This document shows positions 49,710 to 58,408 of a DNA stretch of 64,000 bases, one piece after another (the stretch's first letter is position 1; each line of letters starts with the position of its first letter). The stretch is from Erythrobacter sp. (GTDB lineage: Bacteria > Pseudomonadota > Alphaproteobacteria > Sphingomonadales > Sphingomonadaceae): the NCBI GenBank assembly GCA_030148605.1, contig JASBTD010000016.1:8006-72005 (forward strand), in the 5' to 3' direction. Made by a program: the position numbers and the translations under genes. The notes under the pieces were generated by a model. The model was not told where the DNA came from, searched no databases, and saw only the letters and a program-made list of their open reading frames with translations.

Positions 49710-50546
49710 ATGAACGGGCTTGCAGGGCCACATGCGCCTCAGGCGCAAGCGGAAGAATTCTTCCGTGCTATGACCAGCCAGCCGCCGGTCAACCTTCCCC
49801 TGCGTTCAGCCGATGCAGCAGCTCTTTCAGAGGCTGAAAGCTTTCGCTTCGGGCCCGAAGGCAGGCTTGCTGCATGGCGGTTTGGCGCAGGAGCCGGGGC
49901 GTGTGTGGCGCTGGTGCATGGATGGGGCGGTCAAGGCACTCAATTCCTGCGCATGGCTACCGCATTGGCCGACGCGGGTTTTGAAGTGATCGTGATCGAT
50001 GCAGGCAATCACGGCCAGTCGGCTCCGACACCGATGGGCTTTGATCGCTTCATGCTCGACGCGCGCACGCTCGCAGATCACCTTGGCACGATGCCCTTCG
50101 CCTGGGTCGCACATTCCGCCGCCGCTCTGGCCATCCTGTCGGCTCGCCGCACCCATGCGATCTCGGCTCAAGCCTATGTGACTCTAGCCGCTCCCTTTGT
50201 GCCTTATGTACCGCTCAATCGCTTTCGCCAGATGGGCGCGTCGGAGCAGATGGTGGACTTCGTCAAACCCATGCTTGCCCGGCAGTTCGATGCAGAGTGG
50301 CGTGCGCTGGAAGACGGGCTCGCGTGGCAGCGCGATCCAGCCTCGCAACTCTTGGCCATCTATGATCTCGATGATCCGATGGTCGATGCCGGGGATGCTG
50401 GCCGCATTCGCCAGGTCTGGCCCGACTGCCACACGCTTCAGACCCGGGGGTTGGGACACAATCGCCTGCTTGGGGCAAGTGAAGTCATCACGCAAACAGT
50501 GGCATTTCTTTCGAAAATCGCCGAGTCAGATGTCGCCCATCGTTGA
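49710..50546 (+). CDS. Alpha/beta-fold hydrolase
   Basis: LVHGWGG, IDAGNHGQS, atypical nucleophile AHSAA, DLDD and GLGHNRLL. Confidence 0.8.
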   Translation: MNGLAGPHAPQAQAEEFFRAMTSQPPVNLPLRSADAAALSEAESFRFGPEGRLAAWRFGAGAGACVALVHGWGGQGTQFLRMATALADAGFEVIVIDAGNHGQSAPTPMGFDRFMLDARTLADHLGTMPFAWVAHSAAALAILSARRTHAISAQAYVTLAAPFVPYVPLNRFRQMGASEQMVDFVKPMLARQFDAEWRALEDGLAWQRDPASQLLAIYDLDDPMVDAGDAGRIRQVWPDCHTLQTRGLGHNRLLGASEVITQTVAFLSKIAESDVAHR

Positions 50547-50597
50547 TCCGTCCCGCACCTGAAGATCGGCTAACAAGCTGAATCGCGCAGGCGGCGC

Positions 50598-50613
50598 TGG
50601 AGCGGGTGAAGGG
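50598..50613 (-). repeat. 16-bp duplication of the tRNA-Gly 3' end (att-like)
   Basis: tggagcgggtgaaggg is identical to 50677-50692. Confidence 0.8.
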
Positions 50614-50676
50614 GAGTCGCAGACGAACGAGCGCAGCGAGAACAATCTAACCCTCGTTTCGTGCGCAGGCACGAAA

Positions 50677-50750
50677 TGGAGCGGGTGAAGGGAATCGAAC
50701 CCTTGTCGTCAGCTTGGGAAGCTGCTGCTCTACCATTGAGCTACACCCGC
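50677..50750 (-). tRNA. tRNA-Gly (anticodon CCC)
   Basis: GCGGGTGTAGCTCAATGGTAGAGCAGCAGCTTCCCAAGCTGACGACAAGGGTTCGATTCCCTTCACCCGCTCCA folds as a cloverleaf with encoded CCA. Confidence 0.97.
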
Positions 50751-50917
50751 ATCATGCGCGGAAGCGCGCATCTGCCTGATCGCGAAGTAATGGTCAATCA
50801 GATAGGTGAAGCCTGTTGTCGCCGCGCGTATCAGGCGCATCGACCGGGCTCTGGTTGGATTCGCTATCGCGACAGGGTAGAGTCCGCGACAGATTCGAAC
50901 GCTCGGAAGGTATAAAC

Positions 50918-52414
50918 ATGCGGCAGGTTGATCATTTCATTGTTGGCGGTGCAGGTGGCGGTTCAGGCCGCAAGCACCAGATCTGGAACCCGTCGACCGG
51001 TGAAGTGCAGGCCGAAGTTGCGCTGGGCGATGCCGCACTGCTCGATAAGGCTGTTGCCACCGCGATGAAAGTGCAGCCTGAGTGGGCCGCGACCAATCCG
51101 CAGAAGCGCGCGCGGGTGATGTTCAAGTTCAAGGAATTGATCGAAGCCAACATGCAGGAGCTCGCCGAGTTGCTCAGCTCCGAACACGGCAAGGTGATCG
51201 ACGACGCCAAGGGCGATGTGCAGCGCGGTCTGGAAGTGATCGAGTTTGCCTGTGGCATCCCGCAAGCGCTTAAGGGCGAATACACTCAAGGCGCAGGACC
51301 CGGGATCGATGTCTATTCGATGCGCCAGCCGCTCGGCATCGGTGCAGGGATCACTCCGTTCAACTTCCCGGCGATGATCCCGATGTGGATGTTCGGCATG
51401 GCGATTGCCGCAGGTAACGCCTTTGTCCTCAAGCCCAGCGAGCGCGATCCAAGCGTGCCGATACGCTTGGCCGAATTGTTCCTTGAAGCGGGTGCGCCCG
51501 AGGGGCTGCTGCAAGTCGTCCATGGCGATAAGGAAATGGTCGATGCCATCCTCGACCACCCGGATATTCCGGCGATCAGCTTTGTCGGCAGCTCAGACAT
51601 CGCGCATTACATCTATCAGCGCGGCGCGCAGAATGCGAAGCGGGTGCAGGCATTTGGCGGGGCGAAGAACCACGGCATCGTGATGCCTGATGCTGACCTT
51701 GACCAGGTGGTGAACGATCTGGCCGGTGCAGCATTTGGCTCGGCTGGCGAACGCTGCATGGCACTGCCCGTGGTCGTCCCCGTTGGCGAAGACACCGCCG
51801 AGCGCTTGAAGGAAAAGCTGATCCCGGCGATTCACGCCCTGCGCGTGGGGGTCTCGACCGATCCCGAAGCGCACTACGGCCCCGTCGTAACGCCCGAGCA
51901 CAAGGCGCGGGTCGAACAATGGATCACCACTGCCGAGGAAGAAGGGGCAGAGATCGTGATCGACGGGCGCGGCTTCAGCCTGCAAGGCCATGAGAAAGGC
52001 TTCTTCATCGGGCCAACACTGATTGACCGCGTTACCCCGCAGATGAAGAGCTATCAGGAAGAGATCTTTGGCCCGGTATTGCAGATCGTGCGTGCGAACG
52101 ACTTCGAAGATGCGGTTCGCCTGCCAAGCGAGCACCAATATGGCAATGGAGTCGCGATCTTCACCCGCAACGGCCACGCCGCGCGCGAATTTGCATCCCG
52201 CGTGAACGTTGGCATGGTCGGCATCAACGTGCCGATCCCGGTGCCGGTCAGCTATCACAGCTTCGGCGGGTGGAAGCGCTCGGGCTTTGGCGACATCGAC
52301 CAATACGGGATGGAAGGCCTCAAGTTCTGGACGAAGCACAAGAAGATCACCCAGCGCTGGCCCGATGGCGGTGGAGACGGCTCCAACGCCTTCGTCATCC
52401 CGACGATGGGGTAA
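50918..52414 (+). CDS. mmsA: CoA-acylating methylmalonate-semialdehyde dehydrogenase
   Basis: ITPFNFPAMIP, LKPSERDP, GGAKNH, AGERCMA, EEIFGPV and FGGWKRS. Confidence 0.95.
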   Translation: MRQVDHFIVGGAGGGSGRKHQIWNPSTGEVQAEVALGDAALLDKAVATAMKVQPEWAATNPQKRARVMFKFKELIEANMQELAELLSSEHGKVIDDAKGDVQRGLEVIEFACGIPQALKGEYTQGAGPGIDVYSMRQPLGIGAGITPFNFPAMIPMWMFGMAIAAGNAFVLKPSERDPSVPIRLAELFLEAGAPEGLLQVVHGDKEMVDAILDHPDIPAISFVGSSDIAHYIYQRGAQNAKRVQAFGGAKNHGIVMPDADLDQVVNDLAGAAFGSAGERCMALPVVVPVGEDTAERLKEKLIPAIHALRVGVSTDPEAHYGPVVTPEHKARVEQWITTAEEEGAEIVIDGRGFSLQGHEKGFFIGPTLIDRVTPQMKSYQEEIFGPVLQIVRANDFEDAVRLPSEHQYGNGVAIFTRNGHAAREFASRVNVGMVGINVPIPVPVSYHSFGGWKRSGFGDIDQYGMEGLKFWTKHKKITQRWPDGGGDGSNAFVIPTMG

Positions 52415-52419
52415 GGATC

Positions 52420-52731
52420 ATGCGAATTTTCGTGACACCTATTCTGGCACTGCCTCTGATGGCTTGTGCAGGATCTGCAGCGCCAGAGGCGCCAGCCGCA
52501 CCGCCCGCGCAACCTTCGCCGGCGAACTACATCTGTGACGCTGCCCCGGTGCAATATCACATCGGGCATGACGCCACGCAGGGCATGGGTGCAGCGATCC
52601 TGAAGGAAAGCGGCGCGCGCAGCTTGCGCTGGGGTCCGCCCAATTCGACCTGGACGATGGACTATCGCGACGACCGCGTGAACGTGCGCTATGACGAGAA
52701 CATGAAGATCACTGCGATCACTTGCGGGTAA
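52420..52731 (+). CDS. I78-family peptidase inhibitor lipoprotein
   Basis: Lipobox LMAC; C...G...TMDYRDDRVNV...ITAITCG. Confidence 0.85.
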   Translation: MRIFVTPILALPLMACAGSAAPEAPAAPPAQPSPANYICDAAPVQYHIGHDATQGMGAAILKESGARSLRWGPPNSTWTMDYRDDRVNVRYDENMKITAITCG

Positions 52732-53123
52732 TGACACGGCAACACGCCAGCTCCGGCTCGCCCTTTGAAGCGCAATTCGGCTTCGCCCGCGCAGTGCGAG
52801 AAGGCAATCGCATTGTGGTGGCCGGAACAGGCCCGGTTGAGCCAGACGGCTCGACCACTCCGGGCGGCGTGGCGGAACAAGCCGCGCGCTGTTTCGAAAT
52901 CATCGTCGCCGCGATCGAGGAACTGGGCGGCTCAGCCAGCAATGTCGTGCGCACGCGCATGCTGCTGACCGATCCGGCAGATCAGGATGCGGTTGGCGCG
53001 GTCCACGCGCGCTTTTTCGGCGACACACGGCCAGCCGCAACAATGGCCGGTGTGGCATGGCTGTGCCGGCCGGAATGGAAAGTCGAAGTGGAAGCCGAAG
53101 CGATTATCGGCAACGAAGGCTAG
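52731..53123 (+). CDS. RidA/YjgF family protein (Rid4-7 type)
   Basis: SSGSPFEAQFGFARAVR, VAGTGP, NVVRTR, RPAATM and VEVEAEA. Confidence 0.85.
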   Translation: MTRQHASSGSPFEAQFGFARAVREGNRIVVAGTGPVEPDGSTTPGGVAEQAARCFEIIVAAIEELGGSASNVVRTRMLLTDPADQDAVGAVHARFFGDTRPAATMAGVAWLCRPEWKVEVEAEAIIGNEG

Positions 53124-53515
53124 GCCGCGAGCGCCGCATCCTTGCGCTCTGCCAGTCGTTGCTGCGTCAGTGCTATCAGCTCATTCACATCTTCCAGCGC
53201 GTCAAGCTCGTCCTTGCCGATAAGAACTTCGGGCATCGCCCCCGCTTTGCGCACAAGAATAGCGGGCAACGCTATTTCGTGGCCTGGATAGGCCTCGGCG
53301 AAATCATCCTTGTGGTGGAACACCACTTCATAGGACAGCGACTTGAGATATTTCCGCCAAGGGGTGTGCATCGAAACAAGGCCGTAAGACACCGCACAAA
53401 GCGAGCATGGATAAGTATCCGGCGACACAACCTTGTGAATGCCATCTGCAACCATGTTAAAAATGCCGCCGTCGGCATTATAGACGATCAGAAATTTCGG
53501 TGCGTGTTGTCCCAT
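53120..53515 (-). CDS. Hypothetical protein with CxxC
   Basis: LIVYNADGG, YPCSLCAVSYG and FHHKDDF; coherent ORF converging on ridA. Confidence 0.7.
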   Translation of the reverse strand: MGQHAPKFLIVYNADGGIFNMVADGIHKVVSPDTYPCSLCAVSYGLVSMHTPWRKYLKSLSYEVVFHHKDDFAEAYPGHEIALPAILVRKAGAMPEVLIGKDELDALEDVNELIALTQQRLAERKDAALAA

Positions 53516-53619
53516 GACAGGTCATTCGGCGAAAGCCTGCGAAGAGTTACGCAGACCTGACAAAAATCGCATATCTCGCGCCCTTTCCATAAGCCGCACC
53601 GGGGGCTATTGCGCCCACT

Positions 53620-54765
53620 ATGACAGGACAATTTGCACTCACGGATGACCAGCTGGCGATCCAGGAAATGGCGCAGCGGTTCACCGCAGACAACATCACC
53701 CCCTATGCCGCCGAGTGGGATGAAAAGAGTCACTTCCCGCGCGACGTGATTCAGCAGACGGGCGAGCTTGGCTTTGGCGCAATCTACGTGTCGGAGGAAT
53801 CGGGCGGAATCAATCTGGGTCGATTGGAAGCTGCGCTGATCATGGAAGCCATGGCTTATGGCTGCCCCGCTACATCCGCCTATATCTCGATCCACAACAT
53901 GGCTGCGTGGATGATCGACCGTTTCGGTTCGGACGAGGTCAAGCAACGTTTCTTGCCCAGACTGGTGACGATGGAACACATCGCCAGCTATGCGTTGACT
54001 GAACCGGGCTCGGGCTCTGACGCAGCAGGCCTCAAGACCAGCGCCGTGCTGGATGGTGACCACTACGTATTGAATGGCACCAAGCAGTTCATTTCAGGCA
54101 GCGGGTTCAACGATATCTATGTCGTGATGGTCCGCACCGGCGAGCACAAGTCCAAGGGCATCACATGCCTGGTGATCGAGAAAGACACGCCGGGCCTCAG
54201 CTTCGGCAAGCCTGAGAAGAAGCTCGGCTGGAACGCTTCACCCACCGCGCAGCTCATCTTCGAGGATTGCCGCGTGCCCGTGGCGAACCGGGTTGGCGCA
54301 GAAGGTGAAGGCTTCCGATTTGCCATGGCGGGCTTAGACGGCGGACGTTTGAATATCGGCGCATGTTCGCTCGGCGGTGCGCAGCGCTGCTTGGACGAAG
54401 CGGTGAAATACACCAAGGAACGCAAGCAGTTTGACCAGCCGGTGGCCGATTTCCAGAACACGCAGTTCATGCTCGCCGACATGGCGACCGAGTTGGAGGC
54501 GGCGCGGGCGCTGCTCTATCTCGCGGCGGTAAAGGTGACGGAAAACGCGCCTGACAAGACACGCTTTTCTGCCATGGCCAAGCGGCTGGCAACCGATAGC
54601 GGATCGAACGTGGTCAATAATGCGCTGCAGCTGTTCGGCGGCTACGGTTATCTGAAGGAATATCCGATCGAGCGTTTCTGGCGCGATTTGCGCGTGCATT
54701 CGATCCTTGAAGGCACCAACCAGGTCATGCGGATGATCGTAGGACGGGATTTGCTGCGCCAATGA
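53620..54765 (+). CDS. Acyl-CoA dehydrogenase (isobutyryl-CoA dehydrogenase-like)
   Basis: YALTEPGSGSDAA, LNGTKQFISG, LDGGRLNIGACS and ILEGTNQVMR; sits in the valine-catabolism context. Confidence 0.92.
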   Translation: MTGQFALTDDQLAIQEMAQRFTADNITPYAAEWDEKSHFPRDVIQQTGELGFGAIYVSEESGGINLGRLEAALIMEAMAYGCPATSAYISIHNMAAWMIDRFGSDEVKQRFLPRLVTMEHIASYALTEPGSGSDAAGLKTSAVLDGDHYVLNGTKQFISGSGFNDIYVVMVRTGEHKSKGITCLVIEKDTPGLSFGKPEKKLGWNASPTAQLIFEDCRVPVANRVGAEGEGFRFAMAGLDGGRLNIGACSLGGAQRCLDEAVKYTKERKQFDQPVADFQNTQFMLADMATELEAARALLYLAAVKVTENAPDKTRFSAMAKRLATDSGSNVVNNALQLFGGYGYLKEYPIERFWRDLRVHSILEGTNQVMRMIVGRDLLRQ

Positions 54766-54785
54766 GGATAGACGCATCCATCATC

Positions 54786-54853
54786 CCGTTCGGTTCGAGC
54801 CCGGTCGAGAACCGCTCGCGCCAATGTGTCTTGACTATGCTCGACACGAACGG
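54786..54853. repeat. REP-like paired palindrome (CCGTTC...TCGAG / CTCGAC...GAACGG type)
   Basis: ccgttcggttcgagcccggtcgaga ... tcttgactatgctcgacacgaacgg, inside an operon. Confidence 0.7.
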
Positions 54854-54861
54854 AGTTCCTT

Positions 54862-55905
54862 GTGACTGACGAAGTATTGATTTCCATCGAAGGCGCGGCG
54901 GGCAAGCTCTCGCTCAACCGGCCCAAGGCGCTGCATTCGCTCACGCTCGACATGTGCCACGCGATGAGCGCGGCGCTGAGTAAATGGGCGAATGATGACG
55001 CGGTGAAAGCCGTAATACTCGACCATGCCGAAGGGCGAGGTTTCTGTGCGGGCGGGGACATCAACCTGCTGCGCAATTCGGCGCTCAATGATGGCGGCGT
55101 GTCAGGGCGCAAATTCTTCCATGACGAGTACCAGCTCAACCATCAGATGTTCACCTATGACAAACCGATCGTGGCGTTCATGGACGGCATCACCATGGGC
55201 GGCGGCGTGGGAATCTCACAGCCGTGCAAATTCCGCGTTGCGACGGAAAATACCCGCTTTGCCATGCCGGAAACGGGCATTGGCCTGTTCCCTGATGTGG
55301 GCGGCGGATGGCATCTTTCGCGGCTTGGCGGTCGGCTCGGGCAGTTCCTCGCACTCACCGGCGCGCGGCTCGACGGGGCGGAATGCCTTTGGACCGGGCT
55401 CGCAACGCATTACTTGCCGTCAGACAAGCTCGAAGAAGCGAAGGAACGCATCGCGGCCGGGCATGAGCCGGGCGGCGTGTTGTCTGCCTTGTCCGAACAT
55501 CCGCCCGAAGCGCGGATCGAAGGTAATGCGGGCCTGATCCGCAAGCATTTCGCCAGCGACCGCTATGAAGATATCCTCGCCTCGCTCGAAGCTGATGACA
55601 GCGAATGGGCGGCAAAGGAGCTGGCGACACTACGCACCAAGAGCCCGCAAACATGCAAGGTTGCGCTGCGCCAACTCGCCGAAAGCGAACAGCTTGATGA
55701 TTTCGCGGACAATATGCGCATGGAATACCGCATCGCCTCGCGCGTGCTGACCCGGCCCGATTTTGCCGAAGGCGTGCGCGCAGTGATCGTCGACAAGACC
55801 AATGATCCCAAGTGGGATCCCGCAACCCCCGAAGGCGTCAGCGAAGAACTGATCGACAGCATTTTTGCTCCGCTTCCCGCTGAAGAAGAATGGATACCCC
55901 TATGA
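54862..55905 (+). CDS. 3-hydroxyisobutyryl-CoA hydrolase-like enoyl-CoA hydratase/isomerase
   Basis: LNRPKALHSL, FCAGGDI, MDGITMGGGVG, AMPETGIGLFPDVG and DFAEGVRAVIVDK. Confidence 0.9.
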   Translation: MTDEVLISIEGAAGKLSLNRPKALHSLTLDMCHAMSAALSKWANDDAVKAVILDHAEGRGFCAGGDINLLRNSALNDGGVSGRKFFHDEYQLNHQMFTYDKPIVAFMDGITMGGGVGISQPCKFRVATENTRFAMPETGIGLFPDVGGGWHLSRLGGRLGQFLALTGARLDGAECLWTGLATHYLPSDKLEEAKERIAAGHEPGGVLSALSEHPPEARIEGNAGLIRKHFASDRYEDILASLEADDSEWAAKELATLRTKSPQTCKVALRQLAESEQLDDFADNMRMEYRIASRVLTRPDFAEGVRAVIVDKTNDPKWDPATPEGVSEELIDSIFAPLPAEEEWIPL

Positions 55906-56696
55906 GTTTTGAAACCATCCTCGTCGAAAAGAATGCGCAAGGCACAAAGGGTGTCACGCTGATCACGCTCAATCGCCCGCAGGCATTGAACGCGCTCAAC
56001 TCCAAGGTTCTCGAAGAGCTGATCGCCGCCTTTGCCGATTATCAGGCGGACGAAACTCAGCTGTGCGCGGTGCTGACCGGCAGCGGCGAGAAGGCCTTTG
56101 CCGCGGGCGCAGACATCAAGGAGATGAGCGAGAAAGCCGCGGCCGATTTCTATCTCGATGATTTCTTTGCGCCGTGGACCAGCGAGATCGTGAAAAAGAC
56201 CCGCAAACCATGGATCGCAGCGGTCAACGGCTTTGCGCTGGGCGGCGGGTGCGAGCTGGCCATGATGGCGGACTTCATCATTGCGTCAGACAACGCGAAA
56301 TTCGGTCAGCCCGAAATCAAGCTGGGTGTCGCCCCCGGCATGGGCGGATCGCAGCGGCTGACCCGCGCGATCGGCAAGTCGAAATCGATGGAAATGTGCC
56401 TGACGGGCCGGATGATGAGCGCCGAGGAAGCCGAACGCGCGAACCTGATCGTGCGCGTGGTGCCGCAAGCCGATCTGATCACCGAAGTGCTCAAGACCGC
56501 CGCGACCATTGCTGCCATGCCACCCATGGCGACGATTGCGAACAAGGAGATGGTCAATTCGGCCTTCGAGATGACGCTCGATCAGGGACTGATCGTCGAG
56601 CGCCGCATTTTCCAGATACTGACCGCCTCCGAAGACAAGGCCGAAGGCATGGCCGCCTTTATCGAGAAGCGCGAAGGCCAGTGGAAGGGACGCTAG
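55902..56696 (+). CDS. Enoyl-CoA hydratase
   Basis: LNRPQALNAL, AFAAGADIKEM, ALGGGCELAM and FGQPEIKLG. Confidence 0.93.
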   Translation: MSFETILVEKNAQGTKGVTLITLNRPQALNALNSKVLEELIAAFADYQADETQLCAVLTGSGEKAFAAGADIKEMSEKAAADFYLDDFFAPWTSEIVKKTRKPWIAAVNGFALGGGCELAMMADFIIASDNAKFGQPEIKLGVAPGMGGSQRLTRAIGKSKSMEMCLTGRMMSAEEAERANLIVRVVPQADLITEVLKTAATIAAMPPMATIANKEMVNSAFEMTLDQGLIVERRIFQILTASEDKAEGMAAFIEKREGQWKGR

Positions 56697-56712
56697 TTTT
56701 AGATTGAACCTG

Positions 56713-56793
56713 GCCACCCGCGCCCTCCACCCTTCCACCGGTATCGTAACCCGGTGTGATAATCCGGGTGGAAGGGTGGAGGGCGCGGGTGGC
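56713..56793. repeat. Long palindrome, copy 2 (27-bp perfect arms)
   Basis: gccacccgcgccctccacccttccacc ... ggtggaagggtggagggcgcgggtggc; same family as 36023-36094. Confidence 0.9.
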
Positions 56794-56816
56794 ACGGAAC
56801 CGAAGGAGAGAACTCC

Positions 56817-57683
56817 ATGAAAATCGCATTTATCGGCCTCGGCAATATGGGCGGCGGGATGGCCGCGAACCTTGTGAAGGCGGGTCACCACGTCCGCGCA
56901 TTCGACCTCAGCGAAGACGCACTGGCCCGCGCCAGGGAGGCCGGGTGCGAGACATTCACTAACGTGCGCGATGCGGTGCGAGACGTGGAAGCGGTCGTCT
57001 CCATGCTGCCCAACGGCGCTATCGTGAAAGATGTCTACACCAAGGACGTGATCGGCCACACGCCGCATGCCGCGACGCTGATCGACTGCAGCACAATTGA
57101 TGTCGCAACCGCACGCGAAGTGGCGGATGCGGCGCATGCCGAGGGCTACAAGATGGTCGATGCGCCCGTTTCCGGCGGGATTGCGGCGGCCAATGCCGGC
57201 ACGCTCACCTTCATGGTCGGCGGCGAAATCCATGCATTTGAAGCGGCCAAGCCGGTGTTGGAAGCGATGGGCAAGGCAGTGATCCACGCAGGCGGGATCG
57301 GCAATGGCCAGGCCGCCAAGATCTGCAACAACATGCTGCTGGCGATCCACATGATCGGCACATGCGAGGCGTTCCAGATGGCGCAGAAGCTGGGGCTCGA
57401 TCCGCAAACCTTCTTCGACATTTCCAGCGTGTCATCTGGTCAGAACTGGTCCATGACCAGCTATTGCCCTGTCCCCGGCGTGGGACCGCAAAGCCCGTCA
57501 GACAATGATTACCAGGGTGGATTTGCCACTGCGCTGATGCTGAAGGACTTGAAGCTGGCAATGGAAGCCGCGCAAACGTCGGGCAGCTCGACTCCGCTGG
57601 GCAAACACGCGCAGGAGCTTTACGAGGCTTTCGCCGCGGAAAACGGCGGGCTCGATTTCTCGGCAATTATCAAGACGCTTTGA
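56817..57683 (+). CDS. mmsB: 3-hydroxyisobutyrate dehydrogenase
   Basis: FIGLGNMGGGMAANL, DCSTID, DAPVSGG and KICNNM. Confidence 0.95.
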   Translation: MKIAFIGLGNMGGGMAANLVKAGHHVRAFDLSEDALARAREAGCETFTNVRDAVRDVEAVVSMLPNGAIVKDVYTKDVIGHTPHAATLIDCSTIDVATAREVADAAHAEGYKMVDAPVSGGIAAANAGTLTFMVGGEIHAFEAAKPVLEAMGKAVIHAGGIGNGQAAKICNNMLLAIHMIGTCEAFQMAQKLGLDPQTFFDISSVSSGQNWSMTSYCPVPGVGPQSPSDNDYQGGFATALMLKDLKLAMEAAQTSGSSTPLGKHAQELYEAFAAENGGLDFSAIIKTL

Positions 57684-58398
57684 TCTCGTCCACGATCCCC
57701 GCCAGCCAATCGCGCGGGGCCTGCCTGCGCCCGATCTCGGCGACGAATTCCTGCCCGCGCGCCACGCTGCGCAGCTTGCTGCCGCGCAGCCAGCGTTCGG
57801 GCTTGTCATGATAGCTTAGCCCGCCGCGCTTGAGCCATTCAGGCCGGTTCCACAGCGTCACCGGCCCGCCGGGCACAGTCAGTCGCAAGGCATTGGATGC
57901 ACGCGCCGCCATGCACCCCGGCCCGCGATAGATCACGTCATTCCTGTGGTGCATCGCAAGCGCATGCGGATGCGCTATATCGATCAACTCTCGCGGGGCA
58001 CCATCCGACAGCGGGACGATCTCAGCCACTTCCAGATAGCCGAAGAACCGGTGGTGCGGCTCGCCGCCCTGCTCCCAGTCTCGGAACAGCCCGAAAAACA
58101 GGAACACATCGCCTTCGCGCACACCTTGCCGTTCGAGATGCGTTTGCGCCGCCCCGCATTGGCCGAACAGGCATTCACCATCTTCAGTGAACATCGGATC
58201 ATGATGGCAGAAGTCATCTGCGCCCAGCTTGCCGCGGCTTGACCGCGCCGCATGCTCGCCAAGCCCCAGCTCGCCATAGGTCGTGTTCGAAGCCGCGCCC
58301 GCCGGGATCGGCAGCGTTACTGGCCTGCCATCGACAATCGGCGAAGGTCCGCCACCAGACCCGCTGTCAAAACCCTTGCGTGAGAAGATGATCCGCAT
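57670..58398 (-). CDS. Nmad3-like (nucleotide modification associated domain 3) protein
   Basis: IIFSRKGFDSGSGG.PSPI, LPIP, HHDP, FGQ..AAQTHL..QGV..GDVFLFFGLF, FGYLEV and GQEFV. Confidence 0.75.
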   Translation of the reverse strand: MRIIFSRKGFDSGSGGGPSPIVDGRPVTLPIPAGAASNTTYGELGLGEHAARSSRGKLGADDFCHHDPMFTEDGECLFGQCGAAQTHLERQGVREGDVFLFFGLFRDWEQGGEPHHRFFGYLEVAEIVPLSDGAPRELIDIAHPHALAMHHRNDVIYRGPGCMAARASNALRLTVPGGPVTLWNRPEWLKRGGLSYHDKPERWLRGSKLRSVARGQEFVAEIGRRQAPRDWLAGIVDEIKAS

Positions 58399-58408
58399 GG
58401 CCGCGGGA

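Noticed and set aside
46030-50597. Possible larger genomic island integrated at tRNA-Gly
   Set aside because: There is no integrase, and I found no distal copy of the att 16-mer by eye. Only the 63-bp scar is supported.
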